A stretch of 64,000 nt of DNA, taken from positions 1-64,000 of the forward strand of contig QPMI01000567.1 of NCBI GenBank assembly GCA_004431415.1, written 5' to 3'. Below are positions 17,465 to 29,200 of the stretch, piece after piece; the stretch's first letter is position 1; each line of letters opens with the position of its first letter. This DNA comes from Cyanophora paradoxa CCMP329. Lineage: Eukaryota; Plantae; Glaucophyta. Under the pieces are notes generated by a model. It was not told the origin of the DNA, searched no databases, and worked only from the letters and a program-made list of their open reading frames with translations. A program made the position numbers and the translations under genes.

Positions 17465-20400
17465 TCAAGGGCGGACGTTCATGACGTTGGTGAGGGCGCC
17501 GGAGAGGGACGAGAGGATGTCACTGCTGGCCCCGGTGGTCTGACGCAGGGCGCGCCGCAGGCGCAGCTTCACGCCGGACGCGCTGCTGTAGTAGGACTTC
17601 AGCGTCTCGACCAGGGCGAGGATCTTCTGCAGCTTAGTCTCGAACGCGTCGTTGCTCTGCCGCAGGGCGTCAAGGTACGATCGCGGGCGAAGAAACCACT
17701 GGCTGATCATGAAAGTGTCTGAAACGCGGACCTGGGTGATCGCCGTCATCTGCGAATTGAACGTGTCGACGACGCTCTGCGATGCGTGAGCAAAGTCAGA
17801 TGACAATGCAAGAGAACGGATGCTTTCGAATTTAAGAGTGAAGCACCTTGAAAGCGGCCACGGCGTCCGCGGAGGTGTTCGTGGAGACCAACGGCTTCAC
17901 CTCCACCGCAGTGGTGATGGGGAAGGAGGCGGTCAGCCCCTTCGTGTCCTTGACGACGACCGTGAGCTTGGCGGTCTTCGTCGTGCCGTCGTTCTGCAAC
18001 ACGAAATTCATTTCCGTGCCTTGAGTGCATTAATTCTATCTAGATCTATCGAGGAAGACGCACAGAAGGGAAGAAGAAGTCGATGGTCGGCGTGGTAGAG
18101 TCGATCGCGAGCGGCGAAGCGAAGATGTCGGCGCGGACGGTGTACCTGCATCAGATATTAATGTGTGCGAAAAGCTGCAGCTGACGTGCGCGTGAATGTC
18201 GAGGTCGGGCTGCTCACACGAGGGGGGTAGAAGCGGACTGCCAGCCAGAGCACGTCACCTGCGGGCAGAGTTTCAAGTTTAATTTGAACTCGTCGTGAAT
18301 GTAAAGCTTGAGGCTAACTCACCGTGACCTTGTCGAGGGCCGCCTGGGCGGAGAGCGGGGAGACCGAGCACGAGCCTCCAGTGGGAGGAGAGCTGGAATC
18401 GACCGGGCCCGGGGTCGTGACGTCGACGACGGGGGTCGGTGTGGGCTCGGGCTCGGGCGCCGGGGTCGGAGACGGCGTGGGCGTGGGGGACGGCGAAGGC
18501 GTCTGCGACGGGGTCGGTGACGGGCTGGGCGTCTGGCTGGGCGTCGGCGTCGGCGGCCGAGTCGGCTGCGGTGCGAGCGGCCCAGTAAAGACTGCCGCGA
18601 AGGTGCAGCCATCAGCACTCGCGCGCGCGCGAGGGTAATATCTGATCAACAGAGCGGTGACCACGCACGGCGCATTCCCCAAGCCTCGGGCCGCACCCAC
18701 GCCGCCGGGCTCGTCAGAGCCGGGCAGGTGGTCGCAAAGCCGGTGGCCGAGTAGGTATAGGGGGTGAAGATGAAGTCGTCGTCGCTCTCGTCCGCCGTTC
18801 CCTTATCATCGAGGCTTTCCGCCTCGACCACCCTCGACAGCGTTTTTGCTGTGCAGGTCCGCGTGGTGTCAATTCGCCGGCTTCGGTAGCCTCCAACCAC
18901 GTATCTGCAACGTGCCGGGTGCATTGTGAGCGTGGCTTGCGCAAACAAAGAAAAGTATGTTACAAAACGCGCACATGTTGCAGTCACCGTCGTACGCACT
19001 CGCCCCGAACGCCAAGAGGGGGCGCTTCCGATGAGCACTTGTGAGCGCAGTGCTCGTCAGCGCCGCCTGCGAGGTGGCCTTATCGTTGATGAAGTCAGTG
19101 CCCGCCGTCCAGGTGACCGCCTTGTCCGTCGTGCCGAAGGTCATCTGGCCGGGGGACGGGAAGCTGGTGTCCAGGTACACCATGCTCGACGGGGCCGTCT
19201 TGAGGTTGGTCACGTTGCTGGCTGTGATCGCCGATTTCGCAATTAATTGCAAGGCAAACAGCGGAAACGGTATTCACGCAAGCGTATATAGTTATGAAAT
19301 ACAGTCTAGTCTACTACAACCCGCAACGCACTCTGTGGATCGTAAACCGCAACGGTTGCGTCTCCGGTCCATCGCCCCTCTTTGAACATAGTCTCGTTGT
19401 AATATACTCCGGACCACCCGCTGAAAGAGACGAGGCTGTACATGAAGAGCTTGTTGTTGCAAATCCCAACAAACGGCGCTTCAAGGGCCGCTGCGTAAGT
19501 GTCATCGACTTCTGTTAGCTCTACTCCTGCCGCCGCAGCTTCGCTTGATGTCAACGTTTTCGTTTCCGATGGCCTGGGCCAGACGTCAAAGTGCTCTGAC
19601 ATGTTCCGAGCTTGCAAGTCGATGACACTGCAATGCATACCCGGGGCCGTCACGCAAATGAAATGAAAGGATGTAAATATAATCAAGAACAGCTCAAACA
19701 AATTTGCGCACAAGAGGGTGTTCATTGCTGAAGACGCGACGTAACCATCGAATGCATCTTTCGTTTCGACCCCGCCAACGACGTACCAGTTCTTCCCTGT
19801 GATAATGGTGCGCATGCGTTGGCCGTCTTTTGCGCACAGCAAAAAGCAGCATCGCACCGTCGCGAGCGCAGCTCATGAAGGCGTTCTTCCGAATTTTATT
19901 GCCCAATGTGTCCTGGTTCAGTGTCCCAGCGTCATCATATTCCGGCGGGTTGGGAAAATCGAGAATCGTCTCCCACGTGCCGTTCGTGATGTTGTACCTG
20001 CACAATTTCGGTACCGTTATGAATCTTCAGAAACGTTTGCAGTAATCGATAAGCACCGCGCGCACCGGTAAATGTTGATATTTGCGCCGGAGTTCCCATC
20101 CGGAAGCCCATACACCCCGCCCACAATCTATGAGGTGCGAAAAATTGACTTCAATATAAAAAACTTGTAAGCAGTATGACTATAATAGATAATTGTACCC
20201 AGACGCCATCTTCGAAGACAGTCATGCACGCGCCGTAGACCCCACCGTTCGGAATGGGCGCGAGCTCGGTGATCGTTCCCAGGCTGGTGTCCACGCTGTA
20301 GAACTTGTCGGAGGAGAGCGGATACTGGGGAACCTTCGCCGAATTTTCATCGTTCGAATCCAACAGATCGTACTTGAAGCCCGAGACGCCGCCGCCGCAG

Positions 20401-21228
20401 TAGATCCTGCTGGACTCGCCGACGACCTCGTCCCAGGCGCAGTGCGACCAGATCGTTGCGTTCGGCGCAGTGAGCGGCGCCTTCGTGAACGACCAGACCG
20501 AGATAGGGCCGCCGCCTGCGTTTTCCCGACATCATGATTAGCTGGTTACATAAACAGCCGCATCATAGCTATCTCCAAAGACTTCTGCGCAGAAACGAAC
20601 GCATCGAAGAACAAACGCACTGATATCTGCGGACCAGAAGTCGTCTAGCAGCGCTGAAGTGACAGCCTGCATAGTTGTCACTCCCGCAACGCTCTTGTGC
20701 TTCCATATCTGGTCATAAAAGATTGCTCCATCGGGTTGCGGGTTTGGTACTTGGACACTGTCGTAAGGTCGCCACTCCTCGAACGCGTCTCCGCTGCCGC
20801 CCTTCTGGCCGCCGTGGATGAGCATCCGGGCGTTGCCCGAGGGGTCCTTGTAGTACACGCTGGCCGCCCCCGCCCGCTTGAGCGTCGGGTTGGCGGTGGC
20901 CGCCTGGTTGAGGCCGTCATTGTACAGCGTGCGGATGTGGTACTCGGCTGCCGCAGTGCGTAGCGCGTTAGCGCGCATGCGGAGCTCGAGATCTAGAGGC
21001 CGCATCGTGCATGTTTATTATGCGTATTCAAGCCCGGAAGGCCATGATCATGAGGGCACACTCAGGTCGGGAAAGCCGCGCGCTACACCTATATATCCCA
21101 TGGCCAGCAGCGTGCGCACCTGACACGCCGGAGAAGGCGGCGGCCAGGAGCGCGATTGCAAGCGCCAGGAGCGCGCCTGTGCCTGCGGCCGGACTCCCAC
21201 GACGCATCGTTATCTTCAACTTAGCCAT
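17465..21228 (-). CDS. Multi-exon host gene: secreted/cell-surface protein with Kelch-like repeats, Pro/Thr linker and a beta-rich C-terminal region (exon boundaries not resolved)
   Basis: Signal peptide ALLALAIALLAAAFSGVSG; Kelch-like MLIHGG, IYCGGG, WYVVGG and YNITNGTWE; PTPSQTPSPSPTP linker. Short GT…AG introns separate the coding patches. Confidence 0.7.
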
Positions 21229-21538
21229 ATATCCGTGGCCGCCAGGCGTCTAGAGCTAGACTCTAGATCTAGTACAGCCGCTGAACTGCGAACTGCTGCT
21301 GGCCCAGTGGCATGCGCAGCCTGCTGCTGCTCCTGAGCTCAAGATCTCAGAGTCTGTGAGGCTGTGTGCCACAGACTGGCTCACAGTGAGCAGGTCCGAC
21401 GGTCAGAGCGACCGTTGCAAAAAGCGTTATTTTTTGTCCCATATCAGAGAAGCTGATACTTCAAATACTCCATCGCCAACCTCTAGAATAGAAACTGAAA
21501 TAGTAGACTCAGTTGTACTAGGCCCCGTAACTAGGGTA

Positions 21539-21799
21539 CCGTAGAGCAGGAAAATAGTGGGCCGGAAATTAGTGGACTAGAAAACTTGGCCCTCCCTTAG
21601 GCAAAATACTGGAGCCCGAAATTAGTGGACCAAAACCTTCTCAGGCTTGTATGGGGCGGTAATTTTGGGGGGTACTGTATGGGGCAGCCTAGCAGCAGGG
21701 AAATACTGGAGCCCGAAATTAGTGGACTGAGTCAAGTTTTCGGTCCACTAATTTCGGGCTCCACTAATTTTCTGCGTCCAGTATTTTCCTGCTCTACGG
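21539..21799. mobile_element. MITE (Tc1/mariner-pogo type, non-autonomous)
   Basis: TA|CCGTAGAGCAGGAAAATA … TATTTTCCTGCTCTACGG|TA: 18-bp TIR with TA on both sides. Internal repeats of GAGCCCGAAATTAGTGGAC occur in both orientations. Confidence 0.85.
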
Positions 21800-21866
21800 T
21801 AGCAGAACTTCGGAAGCCAACTTAAGCTTGAAGGCCGGGCCTCCTCCGAGTCAGAGGCTCCGACTA

Positions 21867-22802
21867 CCGTGTATTCGGCGTGTAATACTTAATTAGTGCG
21901 CCACAAATCACTGCCGCAGTGCGCCACTCACGCGGCCGAGTCACTGAGTCCGCGGCGCGGCGGCGCCGCCGCGCCGGCCGTCCGCCGACTCGGCGCCCAG
22001 TCGGACGCGGTCGATCGGCGGACTCGGCGGCGGATCCCGGACTCCTGGACCCGGAGTCGGCGCCGACGTCGACTCGCGAGTCGCGATCGCCGCCGAGTCG
22101 GCGGCGAGACCGTGAGACTCTGATCATGCATGATGAGAGTCCGGGGCCTCCGGGATCCGGGCGGCTGTCCGGCGCCGCCGCGCCGATGATCGCGATCTCA
22201 GCCGATTCTCAGGATCTCGGCCCGGGGCCCGGGGGCCGGGGCGGCGGGGCCGGGCCGGCGACCGCGGCCCGTCCGAGCCGACTCCGAGGGCCCGTCCGGC
22301 GTCCGGTCGCCCGCCGAATCCGATGATCGCGATCGGCGCCGATGAAAATTAATTAAACTCGGCGTCCCGGCCCGGGTCCCGCCGCCGGCGCCGGGCTGCC
22401 GGGCCGATCCGGATCCGACTTCCGGATTCCGGATCGGACTCCGGGATCCGGTCCATTCGAATTCGAATTCGGAGTCCGGACTCCGGACCCGGGACTCCGG
22501 GACCGTCGGACTCGCGATCGGCCCGGATCGGGGATCGAGGCCGCGGCCGGGCGGATCCTGAATCCTGATGATGTCATCATGATCATCGATATCATGATCA
22601 TGGCATGAATTCTTTTTTATGTGAATAAATGTGCGTATAAAAACCGTATATACGTGCGTATATATATACACGCGTACGCATATATGGCAATATATGCCTT
22701 TCCGAGTTTCCCTTAAGCGCCGGCCGGGCTTGCTCGACGGCCGCATCGATATTGTCGGCGAATATAAATATATATTATAATTTGTCGCCGTCGGCGCCAC
22801 GG
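21867..22802. repeat. Palindrome-dense non-coding tract, possibly a degenerate TA-flanked element
   Basis: Packed with 6-12-bp palindromes and bounded by ACTACCGTG…CACGGTAGT. Confidence 0.45.
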
Positions 22803-22890
22803 TAGTAATCGGTACTGTACCAGCCTGACAGTGTACCCGGGTGATGCGGCACATGATCGTCGCTAGCTTCGCTCCGTTCCGAACTAAGTA

Positions 22891-22936
22891 CTGTAGGAAT
22901 GCTTTTTTAGCCGATGTTTTAAATTGCCGTATATTG
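22891..22936. mobile_element. Left end of a second MITE (TA|CTGTAGGAATGCTT), interrupted
   Basis: Its reverse complement AAGCATTCCTACAG|TA is found at 52763-52778. Confidence 0.7.
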
Positions 22937-23933
22937 AACCGTCTCATTTACCTATGGCTGGACCGTAGCTAGCCAAAAAAACTCGCAGACGCAGCTAAAA
23001 AACCCGACGCACTCATAAACTGGCGTCGCTAGAAACCTCTGTGGCCGTCGCTGGCAGGAAAATAATTAGAATGATTGCTGTCAATGGGATTCCAGCTAAC
23101 GGGTCAGGGGTCGAGCTAGCGCTTGGAAAACGGTTCGCGAGTCAATCGCGCAGTCGAGTTTTCGTCTGCGAATGAAGGGAGGGTACAGGTGGATACACCC
23201 CCCAACGAACGACGGGAGGGTACGATTCCTCCTGCGTACTACGCAGGAGGCCGCCAGCAGGCGGCTGCAGTTCCTCTTTAGCTAGTGCCAAAGCGCACGC
23301 CTGCGGCCCGAATGCGGCCCGTCAGCTTGCCGTCGCCGGCCAGCAACGGCTACTACGCCAACGACTCCCCGGAGTTCGCGGGTCCGCTGTTTCAGCGTCG
23401 GCTACGTTCAGAGAGCTCAGTAAAAGGCTGCCGAACCTCAGCCGCAGCCCCGGCGGATGCCGCACGAGAATGCAGATGCCCCGATGCGACGGCACTTTCA
23501 GGCCCGCACGGTGCCCTGCAGACTGATGCTACACTTGCTGTAGGTGCTCTCGTGCTGGCACACTGCCTGCTCACCCGGCCTCACCGCCCGCTGCCTCATC
23601 CGCCCGATGCTGACCTCTTTGACCTCGCAGTCCGAGCTCACTGAGTCAGGCGACGTGCTGAATGGATGAAGCGTTGTTTTTAGCTAGCTTTGCGTGTACT
23701 GGTGACCCCACTTGAGTCCCGAACAGTCGGCGCCCGCCACACCGTACCGTGCGCTCGGCCCTCGCGAGCCTCCAACAGCGGCACGGCGGCGCCTCTCCCG
23801 CGATGCGTGCGCGTCCCTCTGATGCCCCGCCGCCTGGGCACTGCGACGCCTCGCCGCCCCGCCTCGCTGACGGCCTTGCACAGCTCGGGGCTGTCCTCCC
23901 GCGGCCCTTGTGAGGCGAGTCTGAAGAGGAACT

Positions 23934-25300
23934 CCCGCCCCGCCTCGGCCTCGCGCAGTGCGCGCCCCGCCTCGCCCCCGGGCCCCGCCCCGGCCCCGGC
24001 CTTGCATCGCTGACTTCTCTGCGCAGCGCCGCGGGCTTTCTGCCCCGCACAAGCTCCTCCCGCCCCGCCTCGGCCTCCCGCCCCGCCTCGGCCTCGCGCA
24101 GTGCGCGCCCCGCCTCGCCCCCGGGCCCGCCCCGGCCCCGGCCTTGCATCGCTGACTTCTCTGCGCAGCGCCGCGGGCTTTCTGCCCCGCACAAGCTCCT
24201 CCCGCCCCGCCTCGCCTCCCGCCCCGCCTCGGCCTCGCGCAGTGCGCGCCCGCCTCGCCCCGGGCCCCGCCCCGGCCCCGGCCTTGCATCGCTGACTTCT
24301 CTGCGCAGCGCCGTGGGCTTTCTGCCCCGCACAAGCTCCTCCCGCCCCGTCTCGGCCTCCCGCCCCGGCCCTGGCCTCGCGCAGTGCGCGCCCCCGCCTC
24401 GCCCTGGGCCCCGCCCCGGCCCCGGCCTTGCGTCGCTGATTTCTCTGCGCAGCGCCGCGGGCTTTCTGCCCCGCACAAGCTCCTCCCGCCCCGCCTCGGC
24501 CTCCCGCCCCGCCTCGGCCTCGCGCAGTGCGCGCCCCGCCTCGCCCCGGGCCCCGCCCCGGCCCGGCCTTGCATCGCTGACTTCTCTGCGCAGCGCCGCG
24601 GGCTTTCTGCCCCGCACAAGCTCCTCCCGCCCCGCCTCGGCCTCCCGCCCCGCCTCGGCCTCGCGCAGTGCGCGCCCCGCCTCGCCCCCGGGCCCCGCCC
24701 CGGCCCCGGCCTTGCATCGCTGACTTCTCTGCGCAGCGCCGTGGGCTTTCTGCCCCGCACAAGCTCCTCCCGCCCCGTCTCGGCCTCCCGCCCCGGCCCT
24801 GGCCTCGCGCAGTGCGCGCCCCCGCCTCGCCCCTGGGCCCCGCCCCGGCCCCGGCCTTGCGTCGCTGATTTCTCTGCGCAGCGCCGCGGGCTTTCTGCCC
24901 CGCACAAGCTCCTCCCGCCCCGCCTCGGCCTCCCGCCCCGCCTCGGCCTCGCGCAGTGCGCGCCCCGCCTCGCCCCCGGGCCCCGCCCCGGCCCCGGCCT
25001 TGCGTCGCTGATTTCTCTGCGCAGCGCCGCGGGCTTTCTGCCCCGCACAAGCTCCTCCCGCCCCGCCTCGGCCTCCGCCCGCCTCGGCCTCGCGCAGTGC
25101 GCGCCCCGCCTCGCCCCGGGCCCGCCCCGGCCCCGGCCTTGCATCGCTGACTTCTCTGAGCAGCGCCGCGGGCTTTCTGCGGGTCCCCTTGAGCCAAGCG
25201 CCCGCGCAATGCGGCAAGCTCCTCCGGGATCCCGCCCCGCCTCGGCCTCGCGCAGTGCGCACCACGCCTGGCCGCCCGCACCCGGCCCCGCCCCGGCCTT
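23934..25300. repeat. GC-rich ~143-bp minisatellite, ~9 copies
   Basis: Unit …gcctcggcctcgcgcagtgcgcgccccgcctcgcc…gccttgcatcgctgacttctctgcgcagcgccgcgggctttctgccccgcacaagctcctcc… repeated tandemly. Confidence 0.95.
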
Positions 25301-26283
25301 GCGTTCTGCAAAAATTGATTGCATGATATATGTTCGAGCCCGCGCGCGGCCGAACGCCCCAGCGAGCTCGAGCGAGGGAGGCCGCACAGTACTAGTAAGA
25401 GAGGGCCCGAGATGATGCATGCAAGTGATAATATAATTCGCTGCGTGCACGCGCACTGCTGAACCGAATTCGAACCTGCAGCTGCAGCTGACTCTAGATC
25501 TCGGACTCCGCGCGCCCGGGAGCGCGGCCGCGGACTGTCACGTGCACTCACTCAGCTGCGAGCTGCCGAGGTCGCTGCGAGCGACCGTCGCTCGCGATCG
25601 TACGCGGAGTGAGACGTATAACACGTACGCGTCGTTGCGACGTGAATGTGGGGGGTACGTGTCGTTAAATAAAATTTGTACCCCAAGTCGCGAGCTCCAC
25701 GGGCTCAGCGCGAAGCCAGCGCCGTGGAACGCCAGCGACAGCGGAGCGTGAGTGTCTGGCCCAGCTGAACAACAGCGCCTTAGTCAAACACGCAAATGTA
25801 CCGCGGAAGCGTCGGCGGTCCGTCGCACCATCACGGCTGGCGTCGCCCCCCGCATCGCTGAACTCCCTATGAGTTAACTCACCGAGGCGAATGCGCAGGC
25901 ACCGATACGCTGCGGGCCGATGCGCCGCTTTCGTGTCCTGCGAGGCAGAGGCTGCGCTGTGCTGTTCCGCGAGCCAGTGACCGCGAGCCAGAGAGAAGAA
26001 TGCTCCTGTGGTCGGAGAACCACCCGTCGCCGAGGATTCCGGAGCGCGCTTGACCCACGGCAATCGGCCATAGTTTCTCCATATCTCACACGTGCCACAG
26101 TGTGCTCGGATGCTTTTGTGACTCTATTCTGCTTGTTTAATCTCGCGCAGATGCAAACGAAGCGGGGGCGCGGAGGCCGCCGAAGCGTGTACGTCCTCTT
26201 TCGCTTCCCCAGGGTGCGCGAACGCCGATCCCCAGGGTGCGCGATCTCACTGCACCACTATCTGCAAATCTATAGTCTATAGA

Positions 26284-29200
26284 TCGCCGGGCCGGCGCTC
26301 CTCGCCCAGGGCGCGTACAGACTCCGCGCATGTTCCAACGCCTTCATAGACATATATATAAGATAGAGCACCCCTGTGAAACTTCAGAATCCGGGTTCTC
26401 AATAGTAGGCGGGCCTTAGCGCGAAATTGCCTAGGGGCGGCATCGAACCCGGGTTGTTCCATTCCAACAGAATTCTTGAAGTTCGGGTACCTTTAGCTGG
26501 ACTTAACAATAGGAAGCTAGCGACTCCGTGACGGGCCGGAGGTTCCTAGCGAGCTTAGCTGGGTTTATGAGAAGGCTCTATTTCTACATGCATCATTGAA
26601 GTTGTCCTTCTAACCCAGGGCATGCGCAGAGCCGGCTCTGCCTTCGCGTACGCGTGCGCCCTCGGGCGCGTCGCCGTGACGCGACGACGTAATGGTGGCC
26701 ACTCCGCCCCGGATGCCCCGTGCGCCATCCCTTCCCCGCGCCGGGCCCCGCGGCGCTCCTCTGAGGCGGCGGGACAGGCCGCGGGCGGCTGTGGTGAGCG
26801 GGCAGGCCCTCGCGGCCTCCGCCCAGCAGATCATCGCCGCCTCCGCCTCGGGCGTCGGCGTGTGCGCGCCGGCCCCCGCCCCGGCCTCCCGCCCCCGGCG
26901 CTTGCTGAGAAACAAGCCGCAAGCCGGCGGGGCGCGGGGCGCTGCGGCTCATGGAGGTGGCGGCGCTCGTCCTCGCCGCCGCCCTCAAGGCCGGCAACGA
27001 GCGCCTGTGCGCCGGCCGCCCGCCCCCGCCCCCGCCCCGCCCCGCCGCCTCGCCCTGAGGGGCGCGGGGTGCCCAGCAGCCTGACGATGGCGGCGGACAA
27101 GTACGCGAGGCTCTTTGCGCACGCCGACGCCCCGCGGCCTCGCCCTGCAGCTCTCCACCGCCACCGCGTCGACCCCCGCTCCTCGCCGCCCCATCGCCCA
27201 CCCGCCCGCTTCTCCCTCGTCGCCCTCCTCGGCCTGCCCCGCCCCGCCCGCTCGTCCCTCGCAGGGCCTGACGGGGCGGGGCGGGGGCAGATCCCGGGGC
27301 GGCCTCCTTCACGCCCCTCTTCCGGGCGCACGCGGCCGGCGCCTGAGACCGCGCCATCGCCATGCAGGCGCCCGGACCCCTCCCGCCCCGCCCGCCCCGC
27401 CCCGCCCGCCCCGCGCCCTCTGACGGAGCCGCAGGGCGCGCCCCCGCCGCCCCTCCCTGCCCTCGTACACATCCCCGAACTCCTCTTCTCCCTCGTCTCC
27501 AGTGCGCCGTACCCCTCCCGAACCCGGCGCGGCGCCTCGTACCCCGCCCCGACGCCGGCGCCGCTCCGGCAGACGTCGACGCGCCGCTGGTGGCCGGCTC
27601 GGCGACCTCTTCCACGAGCTCCCCAGCCACGCCAGCGAGCTCCCCAGCCACGCCAGCAGGCCCGTACCCCCCCCCAACTAGACTCGGCGTACCCCCCTCA
27701 ACCCCGGGCGCGCAGGGCGATGTACAGGGCGCTGCTGGAGGTGCTGGGGGGCCCCGGTACCCCCCAGGACATCGGTCAGGCCTGCCTGGCCGCCGCCGTC
27801 GTCCTCCCGAGCCCCCATGGGCGCCCCCGCCGGCGCGCCGCTGGCGCGCTGCAGCACCGCCGGCCGGCGCCGCCGGGCTGCACGGGCGCCGCCACGGGCC
27901 CGCCGGCGCCTCCCAGCAAACACGCTGCTCAACCGTCCGTGCGAGCTTTCTTCGCCCCGCCCTCCCCCCTCCCCCCTAGCTTGCTTCGTCCGCCGTTTTT
28001 TGGAGCGGATCCAACGCTGCCGTTTTTTCGCCCCTCCCCCCCCCTCCCCCTCTGCCGTTTTTTGGAGCGGAACCAACGCTGACGCTGGCCGTGCAGCACG
28101 CATCCGCCGGCAAAGAGCTCTGACTGACTGAATTCGACTGGCGGTGCAGTGGGTTAGACGTTGCTGTAGCTGCAGCAACGGCGGCCGGGGAGGCTGATCG
28201 CGGTGCCGTCCCTGCCCCGCCCACCCGAGCATGCGCAGCGGCTTCTGACGGTGCCGCGCCTCTTGGGCCAGGAAGCTGGCGGAAGCCCGGAGCCAGTGAC
28301 CATCGCTGTTCCAGCCTGGCTAGCGGATCACACGTACGCCCGTACCCTTCCGCGGCATCAATATATAACCCTCCCCGCTCATTCGCTCCGCACTACAGGC
28401 AGGAAGCAGCGAAGCAGAGAGCAGCGCGCGCCCGAGTTCTTCTGCAGCGACGTCGACCGGCCGAGAGGAAGTCAATTTGATCCGTCATATAGGGGCAGGA
28501 AAGCATGTAGAAAGCGTTTCAGGAAGCATTTTTAGATCAGTGTAGATGCGCTACAATGTCTGAGCAGCGTTTGGTAGTCGGCAACCCGAGAAATTCGGTC
28601 TGCCAGCTGCCATACAAACCCAACCACTGGTGGTTGGGAATGTATGGCAGTTGGCAAGCGAGGGTACGGGGAAATCCGTGCAAATCGGGCGAGAATTGTG
28701 TTAATTTACGACAAAATTACGACATAAAATAGACCGAATTACCTAATTTTGGGGGGAAGAAACACGAAAATTGCGCTATTTTATCGAAATTCCGGCTCCC
28801 ACCCCCCGATCAAAATCCCCACCGTGTGGCACCAAATTAAAATATTGAGCACGAAATTGGCCACTTCCTAGCGCAAGCTCTAGGTCGCCGGGCCGGCGCT
28901 CCTCGCCCAGGGCGCGTACAGACTCCGCGCATGTTCCAACGCCTTCATAGACATATATATAAGATAGAGCACCCCTGTGAAACTTCAGAATCCGGGTTCT
29001 CAATAGTAGGCGGGCCTTAGCGCGAAATTGCCTAGGGGCGGCATCGAACCCGGGTTGTTCCATTCCAACAGAATTCTTGAAGTTCGGGTACCTTTAGCTG
29101 GACTTAACAATAGGAAGCTAGCGACTCCGTGACGGGCCGGAGGTTCCTAGCGAGCTTAGCTGGGTTTATGAGAAGGCTCTATTTCTACATGCATCATTGA

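Noticed and set aside
26435-26500. Minus-strand GGTTCGATGCC resembling a tRNA T-arm or Pol III B-box in each unit
   Set aside because: No cloverleaf or convincing A-box could be built, and there is no SINE-like tail or TSD.
26284-28884. Canonical Helitron reading of the unit (A|TC start at 26284, CTAG near 28,880)
   Set aside because: An extra G separates CTAG from TC, and both boundaries of array 2 use a different, exact junction (GGCTC|TATTT). 26284 is better read as a truncation point.
26579-29179. rDNA or snRNA tandem unit
   Set aside because: No rRNA, 5S or snRNA motif was recognised by eye; an Rfam scan would settle it.
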